A stretch of DNA of 48,207 nucleotides. Source: an uncultured Lachnospiraceae bacterium (lineage in GTDB: Bacteria > Bacillota > Clostridia > Lachnospirales > Lachnospiraceae). A program made the position numbers and the translations under genes. Below the pieces are notes generated by a model. That model was not told the origin of the DNA and did not search any database. It was given only the letters and a program-made list of their open reading frames with translations. Numbering within the stretch: position 1 is the first letter of the stretch; the number at the start of each line of letters is the position of its first letter. The DNA is taken from the NCBI GenBank assembly GCA_945868485.1, contig CAMBLS010000001.1:1-48207 (forward strand), given 5' to 3'. Below are positions 8,936 through 19,330 of this stretch, piece after piece.

Positions 8936-11900
8936 ATGTTTGATGTAAAAAGAACCCAGCCGGATGCACCTCTATATCGTCCGGAGTTTGAACACGATAA
9001 TTGCGGTATTGGTGCATGTGTCAACATTAAGGGCATAAAGAGTCGTGAGACGGTGGAGAATGCACTTAAGATTGTAGAGAACCTGGAGCACAGAGCTGGA
9101 AAGGATGCAGAGGGCAAAACCGGTGACGGTGTAGGAATTCTGACACAGATTCCTCATAAATTCTTTAAGAAGGTTACAAAATCCCTTGGGATTTCCATAG
9201 GAGAAGAAAGAGAGTATGGTGTAGGTATGTTTTTCTTCCCTCAGGATGAATTGCAGAAGAACCAGGCCAGGAAAATGTTTGAAATTATTGTGGAAAAAGA
9301 AGGACTGGAATTCTTAGGATGGAGAGAGGTGCCTACTGATCCTTCCGTACTTGGACATAAAGCTGTAGAGTGCATGCCTCATATTATGCAGGCATTCATT
9401 AAGAAGCCGGCAACAGTGGAGAAAGGACTTTCATTTGACCGTCTTTTGTATGTGGCAAGACGTGTGTTTGAACAGTCTTCAGATAACACTTATGTTGTAT
9501 CTTTGTCAAGCAGAACCATTGTATATAAGGGAATGTTTCTGGTAGGACAGTTACGTACTTTCTTTGCAGATTTGCAGGATAAGGATTTTGAGTCTGCCAT
9601 AGCTATGGTACACTCCCGTTTTTCTACCAATACTAACCCCAGCTGGGAGCGTGCACACCCTAACCGTTTTATGGTTCACAATGGGGAGATCAACACCATC
9701 AGAGGCAATGCGGATAAAATGCTTGCGCGAGAAGAAAATATGGAATCAGAGCATCTGCATGGACTTCTGCACAAGGTGCTGCCCGTAGTCAATACATCCG
9801 GTTCTGATTCAGCGATGCTGGATAATACCCTGGAATTTTTGGTAATGAGCGGTATGGATCTGCCTCTTGCAGTGATGATCACGATTCCTGAACCATGGGC
9901 AAACAACAAAACCATGTCTCAGAAGAAGAGAGATTTTTATCAGTATTATGCAACCATGATGGAGCCTTGGGATGGACCGGCATCCATTCTCTTCTGTGAC
10001 GGAGATATTATGGGAGCAGTGCTTGACAGAAACGGACTGCGCCCTTCACGTTATATGATTACCGATGATGACCAGCTGATACTTTCCTCTGAAGTAGGCG
10101 TGCTTGACATCGATCCCACTAAGATTGTAGTAAAAGAAAGACTACGTCCGGGCAAAATGCTGCTGGTAGATACGGTAAAGGGCAGGGTAATTGATGATGA
10201 TGAATTGAAGGAAACCTATGCTTCCAGGCAGCCTTATGGTGAATGGCTTGACAATAATCTGGTTCAGCTTCATGACTTAAAGATTCCCAATGAGAGAGTG
10301 CCTGAGTTTACCTATGAAGAAAGACAGAGGATGCAGAAGGCATTCGGCTATTCTTATGAGGAGCTTAAGACCAGCATTCTTCCTATGGCAAAGAATGGCG
10401 GCGAGGCAATTGCAGCAATGGGGGTAGATACACCGCTTCCGGTGCTCAGCAAGACCCATCATCCTCTGTTCCACTATTTTAAGCAGCTGTTTGCACAGGT
10501 AACGAATCCTCCTATTGATGCGATTAGAGAGGAAGTAGTAACCTCCACAACCGTTTATGTAGGAACGGATGGAAATATCCTGGAAGAAATTCCCAAGAAC
10601 TGTAACGTGCTTAGGGTAAACAATCCCATTCTGACTAATACTGATTTGATGAAGATTAAAAGCATGAATAAGGAGGGCTTCAAGGTAGAGGTAATTCCCA
10701 TTACTTATTATAAAAACACCAGTCTGGAACGTGCCATTGACCGGCTGTTTGTGGAAGTTGACCGTGCCTACAGAGATGGTGTGAACATTATGATCCTTTC
10801 TGATAGAGGGGTGGATGAGAACCATGTGGCAATTCCTTCCCTGCTAGCAGTATCCGCATTGAACCGACATCTAGTTGTAACCAAGAAAAAGACCAGTGTG
10901 GCGCTGATATTAGAGTCGGGAGAACCCAGAGAGGTGCATCACTTTGCAACCCTGCTTGGTTATGGTGCATGTGCCATCAATCCTTACCTGGCACAGGAAT
11001 CCATTAAAGAGCTGATTGACAATCACATGTTGGATAAAGATTATTATGCAGCTGTGGAGGATTACAATAATGCAATCCTTCATGGAATTGTAAAGATTGC
11101 TTCCAAGATGGGGATCAGTACCATTCAGTCCTATGAAGGTTCCCAGATTTTCGAGGCAATTGGCATTGATAAAGAAGTGATTAATAAATATTTTCCGCAT
11201 ACGGTATGCCGTGTGGGTGGTATTACTATCAAGGATATTGAAAAGGAAGTGGATGCACTGCACTCACAGGCATTTGACCCGTTGGGTCTTGCCAATGACC
11301 TGACCTTAGACAGCCTGGGACATCATAAGATGAGAAGCGGCGGTGATGAACATCTTTATAACCCGGCTACCATCCATCTGCTTCAGGAGTCAACCAAGCG
11401 TGGGGATTATGAGATGTTTAAGCAGTATACCGCACTGGTCAATGATGAGGAGTCGGTTAAGAACCTGAGAGGTCTGATGGATTTCAACTATCCTAAGAAG
11501 GGTGTGCCCATTGAAGAGGTTGAAAGTGTGGATTCCATTGTGACCAGATTTAAGACGGGTGCAATGTCCTATGGTTCCATATCCAAGGAAGCGCATGAAA
11601 CAATGGCAATTGCCATGAACAGGTTACATGGACGTTCCAACTCAGGAGAAGGCGGAGAAGACTTAGACAGGCTTACCGTCGGTCCTGACGGTGTGAACAG
11701 ATGCTCTGCAATCAAGCAGGTGGCTTCAGGACGTTTTGGTGTTACCAGCAGATATCTGGTAAGTGCAAATGAAATTCAGATTAAGATGGCACAGGGAGCA
11801 AAGCCCGGTGAGGGCGGGCATCTGCCCGGAGGCAAGGTTTATCCTTGGATTGCCAAGACAAGACATTCAACGCCGGGCGTTGGATTGATTTCTCCCCCGC

Positions 11901-13486
11901 CTCATCATGATATCTATTCAATAGAGGATTTGGCTGAATTAATTTATGATTTAAAGAATGCAAATAAGGACGCAAGGATCAGTGTTAAGTTGGTTTCCGA
12001 GGCTGGCGTGGGTACAGTTGCTGCCGGTGTTGCAAAGGCGGGTGCTCAGGTTATTCTGGTGTCCGGTTACGATGGCGGTACAGGCGCAGCACCAAGAAAC
12101 TCCATTCACAATGCAGGGCTTCCCTGGGAGCTTGGACTTGCAGAGACTCATCAGACGCTGATTATGAACGGTCTTAGAAATAAGGTAAGAATTGAGACAG
12201 ACGGTAAGCTGATGAGCGGACGTGATGTTGCCATTGCAGCACTCCTTGGTGCGGAGGAATTCGGTTTTGCTACAGCGCCTCTTGTAACAATGGGTTGTGT
12301 CATGATGCGTGTCTGCAATCTGGATACCTGTCCTGTGGGTGTGGCTACCCAGAATCCAGAACTTCGCAAGAATTTTCGAGGCAAACCGGAATACGTTATG
12401 AATTTCATGCGTTTTATTGCTCAGGAACTGCGTGAATATATGGCAAAGCTTGGTGTCCGCACAGTGGATGAACTGGTTGGACATACAGAGCTGCTTAAAA
12501 TGAAGGAAAATCTAACTAATAGTCAGAAGCAGATTGATTTAGGGCAGATCCTTCAGAATCCATATACCGGAGGGAGCGAAAAGGTAACCTTTGATCCCAA
12601 ACAGGTTTATGATTTTAAGCTGGAAAATACTGTGGATGAAAAGGTACTTTTGAAGCAGCTGAATAAGTCCATTAATGAAGGCAGCAAGCGTAGCATAGAA
12701 GTAGATGTGAAAAATACGGATAGAGCATTTGGTACGATTCTGGGTTCCGAAATCACCAAACGCCTGGGAGATAACCTTGAGGAGGATACCTATCGGGTAC
12801 TCTGTAAGGGAGCCGGTGGGCAGAGCTTTGGCGCATTCATCCCCAAAGGACTGACACTGGAACTGATTGGTGACAGTAATGATTATTTTGGAAAAGGGCT
12901 TTCCGGTGGTAAGCTGATTGTTTATCCTCCTAAGGGGAGTCGTTTTAAGGCAGAAGACAATATTATTATTGGTAACGTGGCTTTGTATGGCGCAACCAGC
13001 GGTAAGGCATTTATCAACGGTGTGGCAGGTGAGCGTTTCTGTGTTCGTAATTCAGGCGCCATCGCAGTTGTGGAAGGTGTAGGCGATCATGGATGTGAAT
13101 ACATGACCGGAGGACGTGTGGTAGTCCTTGGCAGAACCGGCAAGAACTTTGCAGCCGGCATGAGTGGTGGTATTGCTTATGTGCTGGATGAGGACAATGA
13201 TCTTTACATTCGTCTGAATAAAGAAATGGTTTCTTCCTATGAAGTGACTTCCAAGTATGATGTCATTGAATTAAAGGAAATGATCAAGGAGCATGTGGCG
13301 TTGACCAATTCCGAAAAAGGTAAGATGATTCTGGATAACTTCAAAGAGTATCTGCCTAAGTTTAAGAAAATCATCCCTCATGATTATGAGAAGATGCTTG
13401 CTACCATTGTACAGATGGAAGAAAAGGGCTTAAGTGCAGAGCAGGCTCAGATTGAGGCGTTCTACGCAATCAAAGGGACTAAATAA
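8936..13486 (+). CDS. gltB: Glutamate synthase large subunit
   Basis: HDN-CGIG Ntn nucleophile, HSRFSTNT, QGAKPGEGG, 3Fe-4S motif CVMMRVCNLDTCP, C-terminal GXGXG region; 1516 aa. Confidence 0.98.
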   Translation: MFDVKRTQPDAPLYRPEFEHDNCGIGACVNIKGIKSRETVENALKIVENLEHRAGKDAEGKTGDGVGILTQIPHKFFKKVTKSLGISIGEEREYGVGMFFFPQDELQKNQARKMFEIIVEKEGLEFLGWREVPTDPSVLGHKAVECMPHIMQAFIKKPATVEKGLSFDRLLYVARRVFEQSSDNTYVVSLSSRTIVYKGMFLVGQLRTFFADLQDKDFESAIAMVHSRFSTNTNPSWERAHPNRFMVHNGEINTIRGNADKMLAREENMESEHLHGLLHKVLPVVNTSGSDSAMLDNTLEFLVMSGMDLPLAVMITIPEPWANNKTMSQKKRDFYQYYATMMEPWDGPASILFCDGDIMGAVLDRNGLRPSRYMITDDDQLILSSEVGVLDIDPTKIVVKERLRPGKMLLVDTVKGRVIDDDELKETYASRQPYGEWLDNNLVQLHDLKIPNERVPEFTYEERQRMQKAFGYSYEELKTSILPMAKNGGEAIAAMGVDTPLPVLSKTHHPLFHYFKQLFAQVTNPPIDAIREEVVTSTTVYVGTDGNILEEIPKNCNVLRVNNPILTNTDLMKIKSMNKEGFKVEVIPITYYKNTSLERAIDRLFVEVDRAYRDGVNIMILSDRGVDENHVAIPSLLAVSALNRHLVVTKKKTSVALILESGEPREVHHFATLLGYGACAINPYLAQESIKELIDNHMLDKDYYAAVEDYNNAILHGIVKIASKMGISTIQSYEGSQIFEAIGIDKEVINKYFPHTVCRVGGITIKDIEKEVDALHSQAFDPLGLANDLTLDSLGHHKMRSGGDEHLYNPATIHLLQESTKRGDYEMFKQYTALVNDEESVKNLRGLMDFNYPKKGVPIEEVESVDSIVTRFKTGAMSYGSISKEAHETMAIAMNRLHGRSNSGEGGEDLDRLTVGPDGVNRCSAIKQVASGRFGVTSRYLVSANEIQIKMAQGAKPGEGGHLPGGKVYPWIAKTRHSTPGVGLISPPPHHDIYSIEDLAELIYDLKNANKDARISVKLVSEAGVGTVAAGVAKAGAQVILVSGYDGGTGAAPRNSIHNAGLPWELGLAETHQTLIMNGLRNKVRIETDGKLMSGRDVAIAALLGAEEFGFATAPLVTMGCVMMRVCNLDTCPVGVATQNPELRKNFRGKPEYVMNFMRFIAQELREYMAKLGVRTVDELVGHTELLKMKENLTNSQKQIDLGQILQNPYTGGSEKVTFDPKQVYDFKLENTVDEKVLLKQLNKSINEGSKRSIEVDVKNTDRAFGTILGSEITKRLGDNLEEDTYRVLCKGAGGQSFGAFIPKGLTLELIGDSNDYFGKGLSGGKLIVYPPKGSRFKAEDNIIIGNVALYGATSGKAFINGVAGERFCVRNSGAIAVVEGVGDHGCEYMTGGRVVVLGRTGKNFAAGMSGGIAYVLDEDNDLYIRLNKEMVSSYEVTSKYDVIELKEMIKEHVALTNSEKGKMILDNFKEYLPKFKKIIPHDYEKMLATIVQMEEKGLSAEQAQIEAFYAIKGTK

Positions 13487-13503
13487 CAGGGAGGTGTGAA
13501 GAA

Positions 13504-14997
13504 ATGGGAAAACCAACAGGATTTATGGAATATAAGAGAGAAGTATCAAAGGACGTAAAGCCGAAGGAGAGGATTAAGGATTTTAACGAATTTCACGAGC
13601 ACCTTCCAAAAGAGAGGCAGCAGCTCCAGGGCGCCCGCTGTATGGAATGCGGAGTTCCCTTCTGCCAGTCAGGTATGACTCTCTGTGGGATGACCAGCGG
13701 ATGTCCTCTGCACAATCTGGTGCCGGAGTGGAATGATCTGGTATATACGGGCAATTGGAAACAGGCATATAACCGCCTGAAAAAGACCAACAGTTTTCCG
13801 GAATTTACATCCAGAGTATGCCCTGCGCTTTGTGAGGCAGCATGTACCTGTGGACTGATTGGAGAGCCGGTATCCACCAAAGAGAATGAATATGCCATCA
13901 TTGAAAACGCTTATGCGGAAGGCTATGCAGATCCGCAGCCTCCCAAGGTAAGGACAGGTAAAAAGGTGGCAGTTGTAGGAAGCGGTCCCTCCGGTCTTGC
14001 AGTAGCGGATCAGCTGAACAAGAGAGGGCACAGCGTTACAGTGTTCGAACGGTCTGACAGAATCGGTGGACTTTTGATGTACGGCATTCCCAATATGAAG
14101 CTGGAGAAGCACATCGTAGACAGGAAGATTAAGGTCATGGAAGCAGAGGGAGTTACCTTTGTGACAGGTGCAGATGTAGGTAAGGATATTAAAGCTGAAA
14201 AGCTGTTAAAGGATTATGACAGGGTAGTACTTGCCTGTGGCGCTTCCAATCCCCGTGACATTAATGCACCCGGAAGGGACGCAAAGGGAATTTACTTTGC
14301 GGTAGATTTTCTGAAGGCAAATACCAAGAGCCTGCTTGATTCTAATTTTGAGGATGGTAAGTTTGTAAATACCAAAGATAAAAATGTAGTAATCATCGGC
14401 GGCGGAGATACCGGAAATGACTGTGTGGGAACCAGCATCCGTCATGGCTGTAAATCGGTAACTCAAATTGAGATGATGCCCAAGGCACCGGATCAAAGAG
14501 CGGAGAATAATCCCTGGCCGGAGTGGCCAAAGATCTGTAAGACAGACTATGGTCAGGAGGAGGCAATCGCAGTATTTGGTCATGACCCGCGAATTTATGA
14601 GTCCACCGTAAAGGAATTCGTAAAGGATAAGAACGGTAATTTAAAGGCTGTTAAGATTGTGAAGCTTTCATGGGAAAAAGATCCTGAGACAGGACGGATG
14701 AGTATGAAGGAAATCCCAGGCTCTGAGCAGACACTTCCGGCAGAGATTGTACTCATTGCAGCTGGCTTTCTTGGAAGCCAGAAATATGTGACAGATGCCT
14801 TTAAGGTGGAAACAAACCAGCGGACTAACGTAAGCACTGCACCCGACAAATATGAAACCAGCGTGAAAAATGTGTTTACCGCAGGAGATATGCACAGAGG
14901 TCAGTCGCTGGTAGTTTGGGCAATCCGTGAAGGTAGAGAAGCTGCCAGAGCAGTGGATGAAAGCCTGATGGGATATACTAACTTGATAATACAATGA
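13504..14997 (+). CDS. gltD: Glutamate synthase small subunit
   Basis: MGKPTGF start, RCMECGVPFC Fe-S motif, GSGPSG and GGGDTG nucleotide-binding motifs, RGQSLVVWAI. Confidence 0.98.
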   Translation: MGKPTGFMEYKREVSKDVKPKERIKDFNEFHEHLPKERQQLQGARCMECGVPFCQSGMTLCGMTSGCPLHNLVPEWNDLVYTGNWKQAYNRLKKTNSFPEFTSRVCPALCEAACTCGLIGEPVSTKENEYAIIENAYAEGYADPQPPKVRTGKKVAVVGSGPSGLAVADQLNKRGHSVTVFERSDRIGGLLMYGIPNMKLEKHIVDRKIKVMEAEGVTFVTGADVGKDIKAEKLLKDYDRVVLACGASNPRDINAPGRDAKGIYFAVDFLKANTKSLLDSNFEDGKFVNTKDKNVVIIGGGDTGNDCVGTSIRHGCKSVTQIEMMPKAPDQRAENNPWPEWPKICKTDYGQEEAIAVFGHDPRIYESTVKEFVKDKNGNLKAVKIVKLSWEKDPETGRMSMKEIPGSEQTLPAEIVLIAAGFLGSQKYVTDAFKVETNQRTNVSTAPDKYETSVKNVFTAGDMHRGQSLVVWAIREGREAARAVDESLMGYTNLIIQ

Positions 14998-15001
14998 GCC
15001 A

Positions 15002-15036
15002 AGGTGGGAACAGAATGTTCCCGCCTCTCTTTTTTC
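15002..15036 (+). terminator. Intrinsic terminator after gltD
   Basis: AGGTGGGAAC / GTTCCCGCCT stem then CTCTTTTTT. Confidence 0.8.
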
Positions 15037-15058
15037 GTAGATTAAATCCATCAGCTTG

Positions 15059-15087
15059 TTGATTTTCGCAAAATAGTTCTGTATAAT
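15059..15087 (+). promoter_or_regulatory. Putative sigma-A promoter of the MCP gene
   Basis: TTGATT-17 nt-TATAAT. Confidence 0.55.
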
Positions 15088-15151
15088 TAAAATAGTGCGT
15101 AATTACTATGGTGTGGTATTTCATTTTTTGACACAAAGGAGGAGACGAGAT

Positions 15152-16642
15152 ATGAATATAAAAAATTATATAAAAAGAAAAAAACTAACACCAGAGCAAT
15201 ATAAAATGGCAAACAAAACGATGTATATTATTTTAGCTGTATGTTATATACTCTACAGTCTCATAGAATTGATGAATGTCGGAGAAGGAACACATGGTTT
15301 TTATAGAATTGGATTTTATATGATATTTGCTATAGCTAGTGGAATTGTTGTTAAGAAAAAAGGTGAAAAGAAATTCGCAATGCTATTTATGGCGATTACT
15401 TTTCTAATTACATATTTATTACTGGTAATGAATAATGGTGTGACATCAATGGTAATGGCGTTCCCTGCGCTGATTGGATTTATGCTTTATATGAATTCCC
15501 TTTTAATTACCTCTGGATGTATTTCCGTATATGTTGTTGGTTCCATAAAATGTTTCATAGCTTGGAAAATGGGAGATATAACTTCATTTCAGCATGGTTC
15601 TCTGATTTTGACAGGATTCTTTATATGTATTTATGGTTCTTATATGGCTATTAAAATTCTGTATGAGTTTAGCGAACAGGATCGTGAGATTATTGTAAAA
15701 GAGTCTGCTCACAGGAAGGAAATGGCAAGTGTAGTTGCGGAAACTGTTGAGAAAATTGCGGAGGAATTTCATGAAGTATTGATAGGGTTTGATGAAATTA
15801 ATGAGGCCATGAGTTCTGCGGATGATGCAATGAATAACATTGCGGGAAGCTCTGAGAGTACGGCAGATGCAGTGAGCCGTCAGGCTGCCATGACTTCGGA
15901 TATTCAAACTCGTATTGAAAATACAAATGAACTGGTAATCAATGCAAGAGGAACTACTGAGAAACTGAAAAATGTAGTGGGGGATGGCAAACAACTGGCA
16001 GACAATCTGCAGGAGCAGTCGAATTTAGTTGACCAGAACATCACAAGAATTTCAGAAACGGTGGAAGAGCTTGTTACTAATGTACAGAAGGTATCCGGTA
16101 TTACGGATTCTATTTTAAATATTTCTTCCCAGACAAATTTACTTGCATTAAATGCAAGTATTGAGGCGGCAAGAGCAGGTGAAGCTGGAAAGGATTTTGC
16201 TGTCGTAGCAGATCAAATTAGAAAGCTTGCAGAAGAAACCAAGGTTTCAACAGAAAAAATTACAGAAATTATTAATCAGTTGACAAATGTAACAAATGAG
16301 ACACAGGCCGGCATAGAAGAATCAGCAGAAGCAATTAATATTCAGCGTAAGAAAGTGGAAGAAGTAAACGAAAGCTTTACAGAAGTTGAAAATGGTATGA
16401 TTACTATGCAGAGAGATGTTGCTACCATGAGCCAGGAAGTGGAAAAGGTTTTGGAAGCGAACCGTGAAATCGTTGATAGCATTTCATTGTTATCTGCAGC
16501 ATCAGAGGAAGTCTCTGCAGGAACACAGACATGTAAAGCGACTATTAATGGAGCTTCAGAAAAGGTTGGAAGATACGCCGATAAGGTAGAAGGAACCTTT
16601 GAACAGTTACAGATACTGGTGGAAAAAGCAGAGATGGAATAA
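15152..16642 (+). CDS. Methyl-accepting chemotaxis protein with a multi-TM N-terminal sensor
   Basis: [23 protein letters not shown] signalling motif and about six hydrophobic segments. AAGGAGG RBS supports ATG 15152. Confidence 0.92.
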   Translation: MNIKNYIKRKKLTPEQYKMANKTMYIILAVCYILYSLIELMNVGEGTHGFYRIGFYMIFAIASGIVVKKKGEKKFAMLFMAITFLITYLLLVMNNGVTSMVMAFPALIGFMLYMNSLLITSGCISVYVVGSIKCFIAWKMGDITSFQHGSLILTGFFICIYGSYMAIKILYEFSEQDREIIVKESAHRKEMASVVAETVEKIAEEFHEVLIGFDEINEAMSSADDAMNNIAGSSESTADAVSRQAAMTSDIQTRIENTNELVINARGTTEKLKNVVGDGKQLADNLQEQSNLVDQNITRISETVEELVTNVQKVSGITDSILNISSQTNLLALNASIEAARAGEAGKDFAVVADQIRKLAEETKVSTEKITEIINQLTNVTNETQAGIEESAEAINIQRKKVEEVNESFTEVENGMITMQRDVATMSQEVEKVLEANREIVDSISLLSAASEEVSAGTQTCKATINGASEKVGRYADKVEGTFEQLQILVEKAEME

Positions 16643-16650
16643 GAATTTAA

Positions 16651-16689
16651 AAGGCTGCATAGAAAACAGATTCTATGTGGTCTTTTTTT
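16651..16689 (+). terminator. Intrinsic terminator after the MCP gene
   Basis: AAGGCTGCATAGAA / TTCTATGTGGTCTT stem plus T run. Confidence 0.8.
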
Positions 16690-16706
16690 GTGCAGGAGAT
16701 GGCTTT

Positions 16707-17878
16707 ATGGAGCAGTTATCACTTTTTTCAGAAGAACTTAATATGAGCACGCCGCTTGCCAGCAGACTACGTCCTCAGACATTGGATGACTATATTGGTC
16801 AAGAACATCTGGTTGGAAAAGGAAAAATACTCAGACAGATGCTGGATAAGGACATGGTATCCTCCATGATATTTTGGGGACCGCCGGGGGTTGGAAAAAC
16901 TACTTTGGCTAGAATCATTGCGCATATGACACAAACGTCATTTGTTGATTTGAGTGCTGTGACCAGCGGAATTAAGGAAATTAAGGATGTAATGAGACAG
17001 GCAGAAAACGATCGTATGATGGGGCTTAAGACGATTGTGTTTGTAGATGAAATCCATCGATTCAATAAGGCACAGCAGGATGCCTTTCTCCCCTATGTGG
17101 AAAAGGGAAGCATTATTTTGATTGGCGCTACAACAGAGAATCCGTCCTTTGAGATTAATTCGGCACTTCTATCTCGTTGCAAGGTGTTTGTTCTGCAGGC
17201 ATTGACTGAACAGGATATGTTAAAGCTGCTCCATAATGCACTTACAGATAAAAGAGGCTTAGGGAACAATACTATTAATATAGAAGAAACATTGCTGAAG
17301 GCAATTGCCATTTTTTCAAATGGAGATGCCAGAACTGCATTAAATACGCTGGATATGGCGGTACTGAACGGACAAATAGAATCAGATGGCTCTATTACGG
17401 TGAAGGAAGAAATTTTGGAGCAATGTACCGGTCAAAAAATGCTTCTTTATGACAGAGATGGGGAGGAGCATTATAATCTAATATCCGCACTGCACAAGTC
17501 AATGAGAAATAGCGATCCGGATGCTGCAATCTACTGGCTGGCACGGATGCTAGAAGCGGGGGAAGATCCTTTATATATAGCAAGAAGACTGGTGAGGTTT
17601 GCAAGTGAGGATATGGAAAGGCAAAAGAGGATGCAAAGAAAATGTTGACTGAGCCAGTGCCACTTCAAATCAGAAATGGGGTCACCGGTCTTATGCAGGA
17701 ATTACATTATGGAGAGGGATATCAGTATGCGCATGATGCTGAAGCAAAGCTGACGAATATGAAGTGTCTTCCGGAGTCGCTGGAGGACAGGGAATATTAT
17801 GTGCCTACCATGCAGGGAAATGAGGCAGAGGTAAAGGAGCGATTAGAGCAGATAAAGGAATTGAAAAAAGCATTATAA
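16707..17878 (+). pseudogene. rarA: Replication-associated recombination protein A (RarA/MgsA), split by an internal deletion with frameshift near 17612
   Basis: PLASRLRP, GPPGVGKT, DEIHRF, SALHKSMR and ARRLVRFASED in frame 16707-17648. The C-terminal YGKAKEDAKKMLTEPVPLQIRN...YGEGYQYAHD continues in another frame to 17878. Confidence 0.8.
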
Positions 17879-17944
17879 ACATATGTTCGAAAATGGTTGC
17901 TTTCCAGAACAGAGCGTGGTATGATGAGAACAAACAAATGTTCG
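17876..17944 (+). promoter_or_regulatory. Sigma-A promoter flanked by two LexA (SOS)-like boxes
   Basis: TTGCTT(17897)-17 nt-TATGAT(17920) with TG extension; TAAACATATGTTCG (17876-17889) and CAAACAAATGTTCG (17931-17944) versus Firmicute CGAAC-N4-GTTCG. Confidence 0.75.
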
Positions 17945-17959
17945 AAAGCAGGCACGCCG

Positions 17960-19297
17960 ATGGAAAGCAATTTGATTATAAGCTCGACCGAGCAAATGTC
18001 CCTTATGGAAAAATTAAAGATTCTTTCAGACTCAGCTAAATTTGATGTTTCATGCTCTTCAAGTGGTGTGGGACGAAGGGGTGACGGAACCGGGATTGGG
18101 AACACTTCTGCGGCAGGAATCTGTCATAGCTTTGGTGCTGATGGACGATGCATTTCTCTTCTGAAAGTTCTGTTTACCAATGAATGTGTATATGATTGCA
18201 AATACTGTATTAATCGAAAGTCGAATGATGTGCCGAGGGCGTCTTTTACTCCGGATGAAATCTGTGAACTGACAATTCAGTTTTACAGAAGGAATTATAT
18301 TGAGGGATTGTTTTTAAGCTCTGGGATTTTGAATAATCCATCATATACTATGGAGTTAATCTATGAAGCTGTGTACAAGCTGAGAACATTGTATCGCTTT
18401 CAGGGATATATTCATGTGAAAGCCATTCCAGGAGCAGAGCCGGAAATTGTGCAGAGATTAGGAATGTTGGCTGACAGGATGAGTGTAAATTTGGAGTTAC
18501 CCACAGCGGAAGGACTTCAGAAACTGGCGCCTAATAAGCATCGCAGGAATATCCTTGCACCTATGAGACAAATTCAGCAGGGGATTATTCAGAATAAGAA
18601 TGAACTGGTGGCATTCAGGCATGCGCCTTCCTTTGTTCCGGCGGGACAGTCCACCCAGGTGATTGTAGGAGCTACACCGGAGACCGATTATCATATTATG
18701 ACGGTGGCAGAGAGCCTTTATAAGAAATTTGCCTTAAAAAGGGTCTACTACTCCGCATTTGTAAATGTAAATGAGGATAAGGAACTTCCAGCATTACCAG
18801 GAGGACCGCCACTTCTCAGGGAACATAGATTGTATCAGGCAGATTGGTTGCTCCGGTTTTATGGATTTGAAGCAGATGAGCTTTTGAGTGAGAGCAAGCC
18901 AAATTTCAATATCTTACTAGATCCCAAGGCTGACTGGGCATTGCGGCATCTAGAACTTTTTCCGGTGGAAATTAATCGGGCCGATTATCAGATGATACTT
19001 CGTGTTCCGGGTATTGGGGTAAAGAGTGCGCAGAGAATTGTTCGTGCAAGAAGAAATGGAAGGCTCAATTTTGATGATCTTAAGAAGATTGGTGTTACCT
19101 TAAAAAGAGCGCTATATTTCATTACCTGTAATGGGAAGATGATGTATCCCACTAAGTTGGAAGAGGACTATATTACTCGGAATCTTATCTCCAATAAGGA
19201 GAAGCTGCCTTTTGACAGGGATGGGATGACTTACCGACAATTGTCTTTATTTGATGATGAGCAGGAAGTGATTTGGCAGCAGGCTATAAATGGATAA
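17960..19297 (+). CDS. Putative DNA modification/repair radical SAM protein (TIGR03916-type)
   Basis: AKFDVSCSSSG, GICHSF..DGRCISLLK, CxxxCxxC (CVYDCKYC), REHRLYQADWL and HhH motif RVPGIG. Start moved to 17960 because the ORF-track start lies inside the promoter. Confidence 0.88.
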   Translation: MESNLIISSTEQMSLMEKLKILSDSAKFDVSCSSSGVGRRGDGTGIGNTSAAGICHSFGADGRCISLLKVLFTNECVYDCKYCINRKSNDVPRASFTPDEICELTIQFYRRNYIEGLFLSSGILNNPSYTMELIYEAVYKLRTLYRFQGYIHVKAIPGAEPEIVQRLGMLADRMSVNLELPTAEGLQKLAPNKHRRNILAPMRQIQQGIIQNKNELVAFRHAPSFVPAGQSTQVIVGATPETDYHIMTVAESLYKKFALKRVYYSAFVNVNEDKELPALPGGPPLLREHRLYQADWLLRFYGFEADELLSESKPNFNILLDPKADWALRHLELFPVEINRADYQMILRVPGIGVKSAQRIVRARRNGRLNFDDLKKIGVTLKRALYFITCNGKMMYPTKLEEDYITRNLISNKEKLPFDRDGMTYRQLSLFDDEQEVIWQQAING

Positions 19298-19330
19298 AGG
19301 TGGGGAGGGTGTAGAAAAGGAAATTGTGTC

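Noticed and set aside
17642-17878. Independent 78-aa gene, or programmed frameshift in rarA
   Set aside because: It is the RarA C-terminus, and conserved sequence is missing at the junction, so frameshifting could not restore the full protein.
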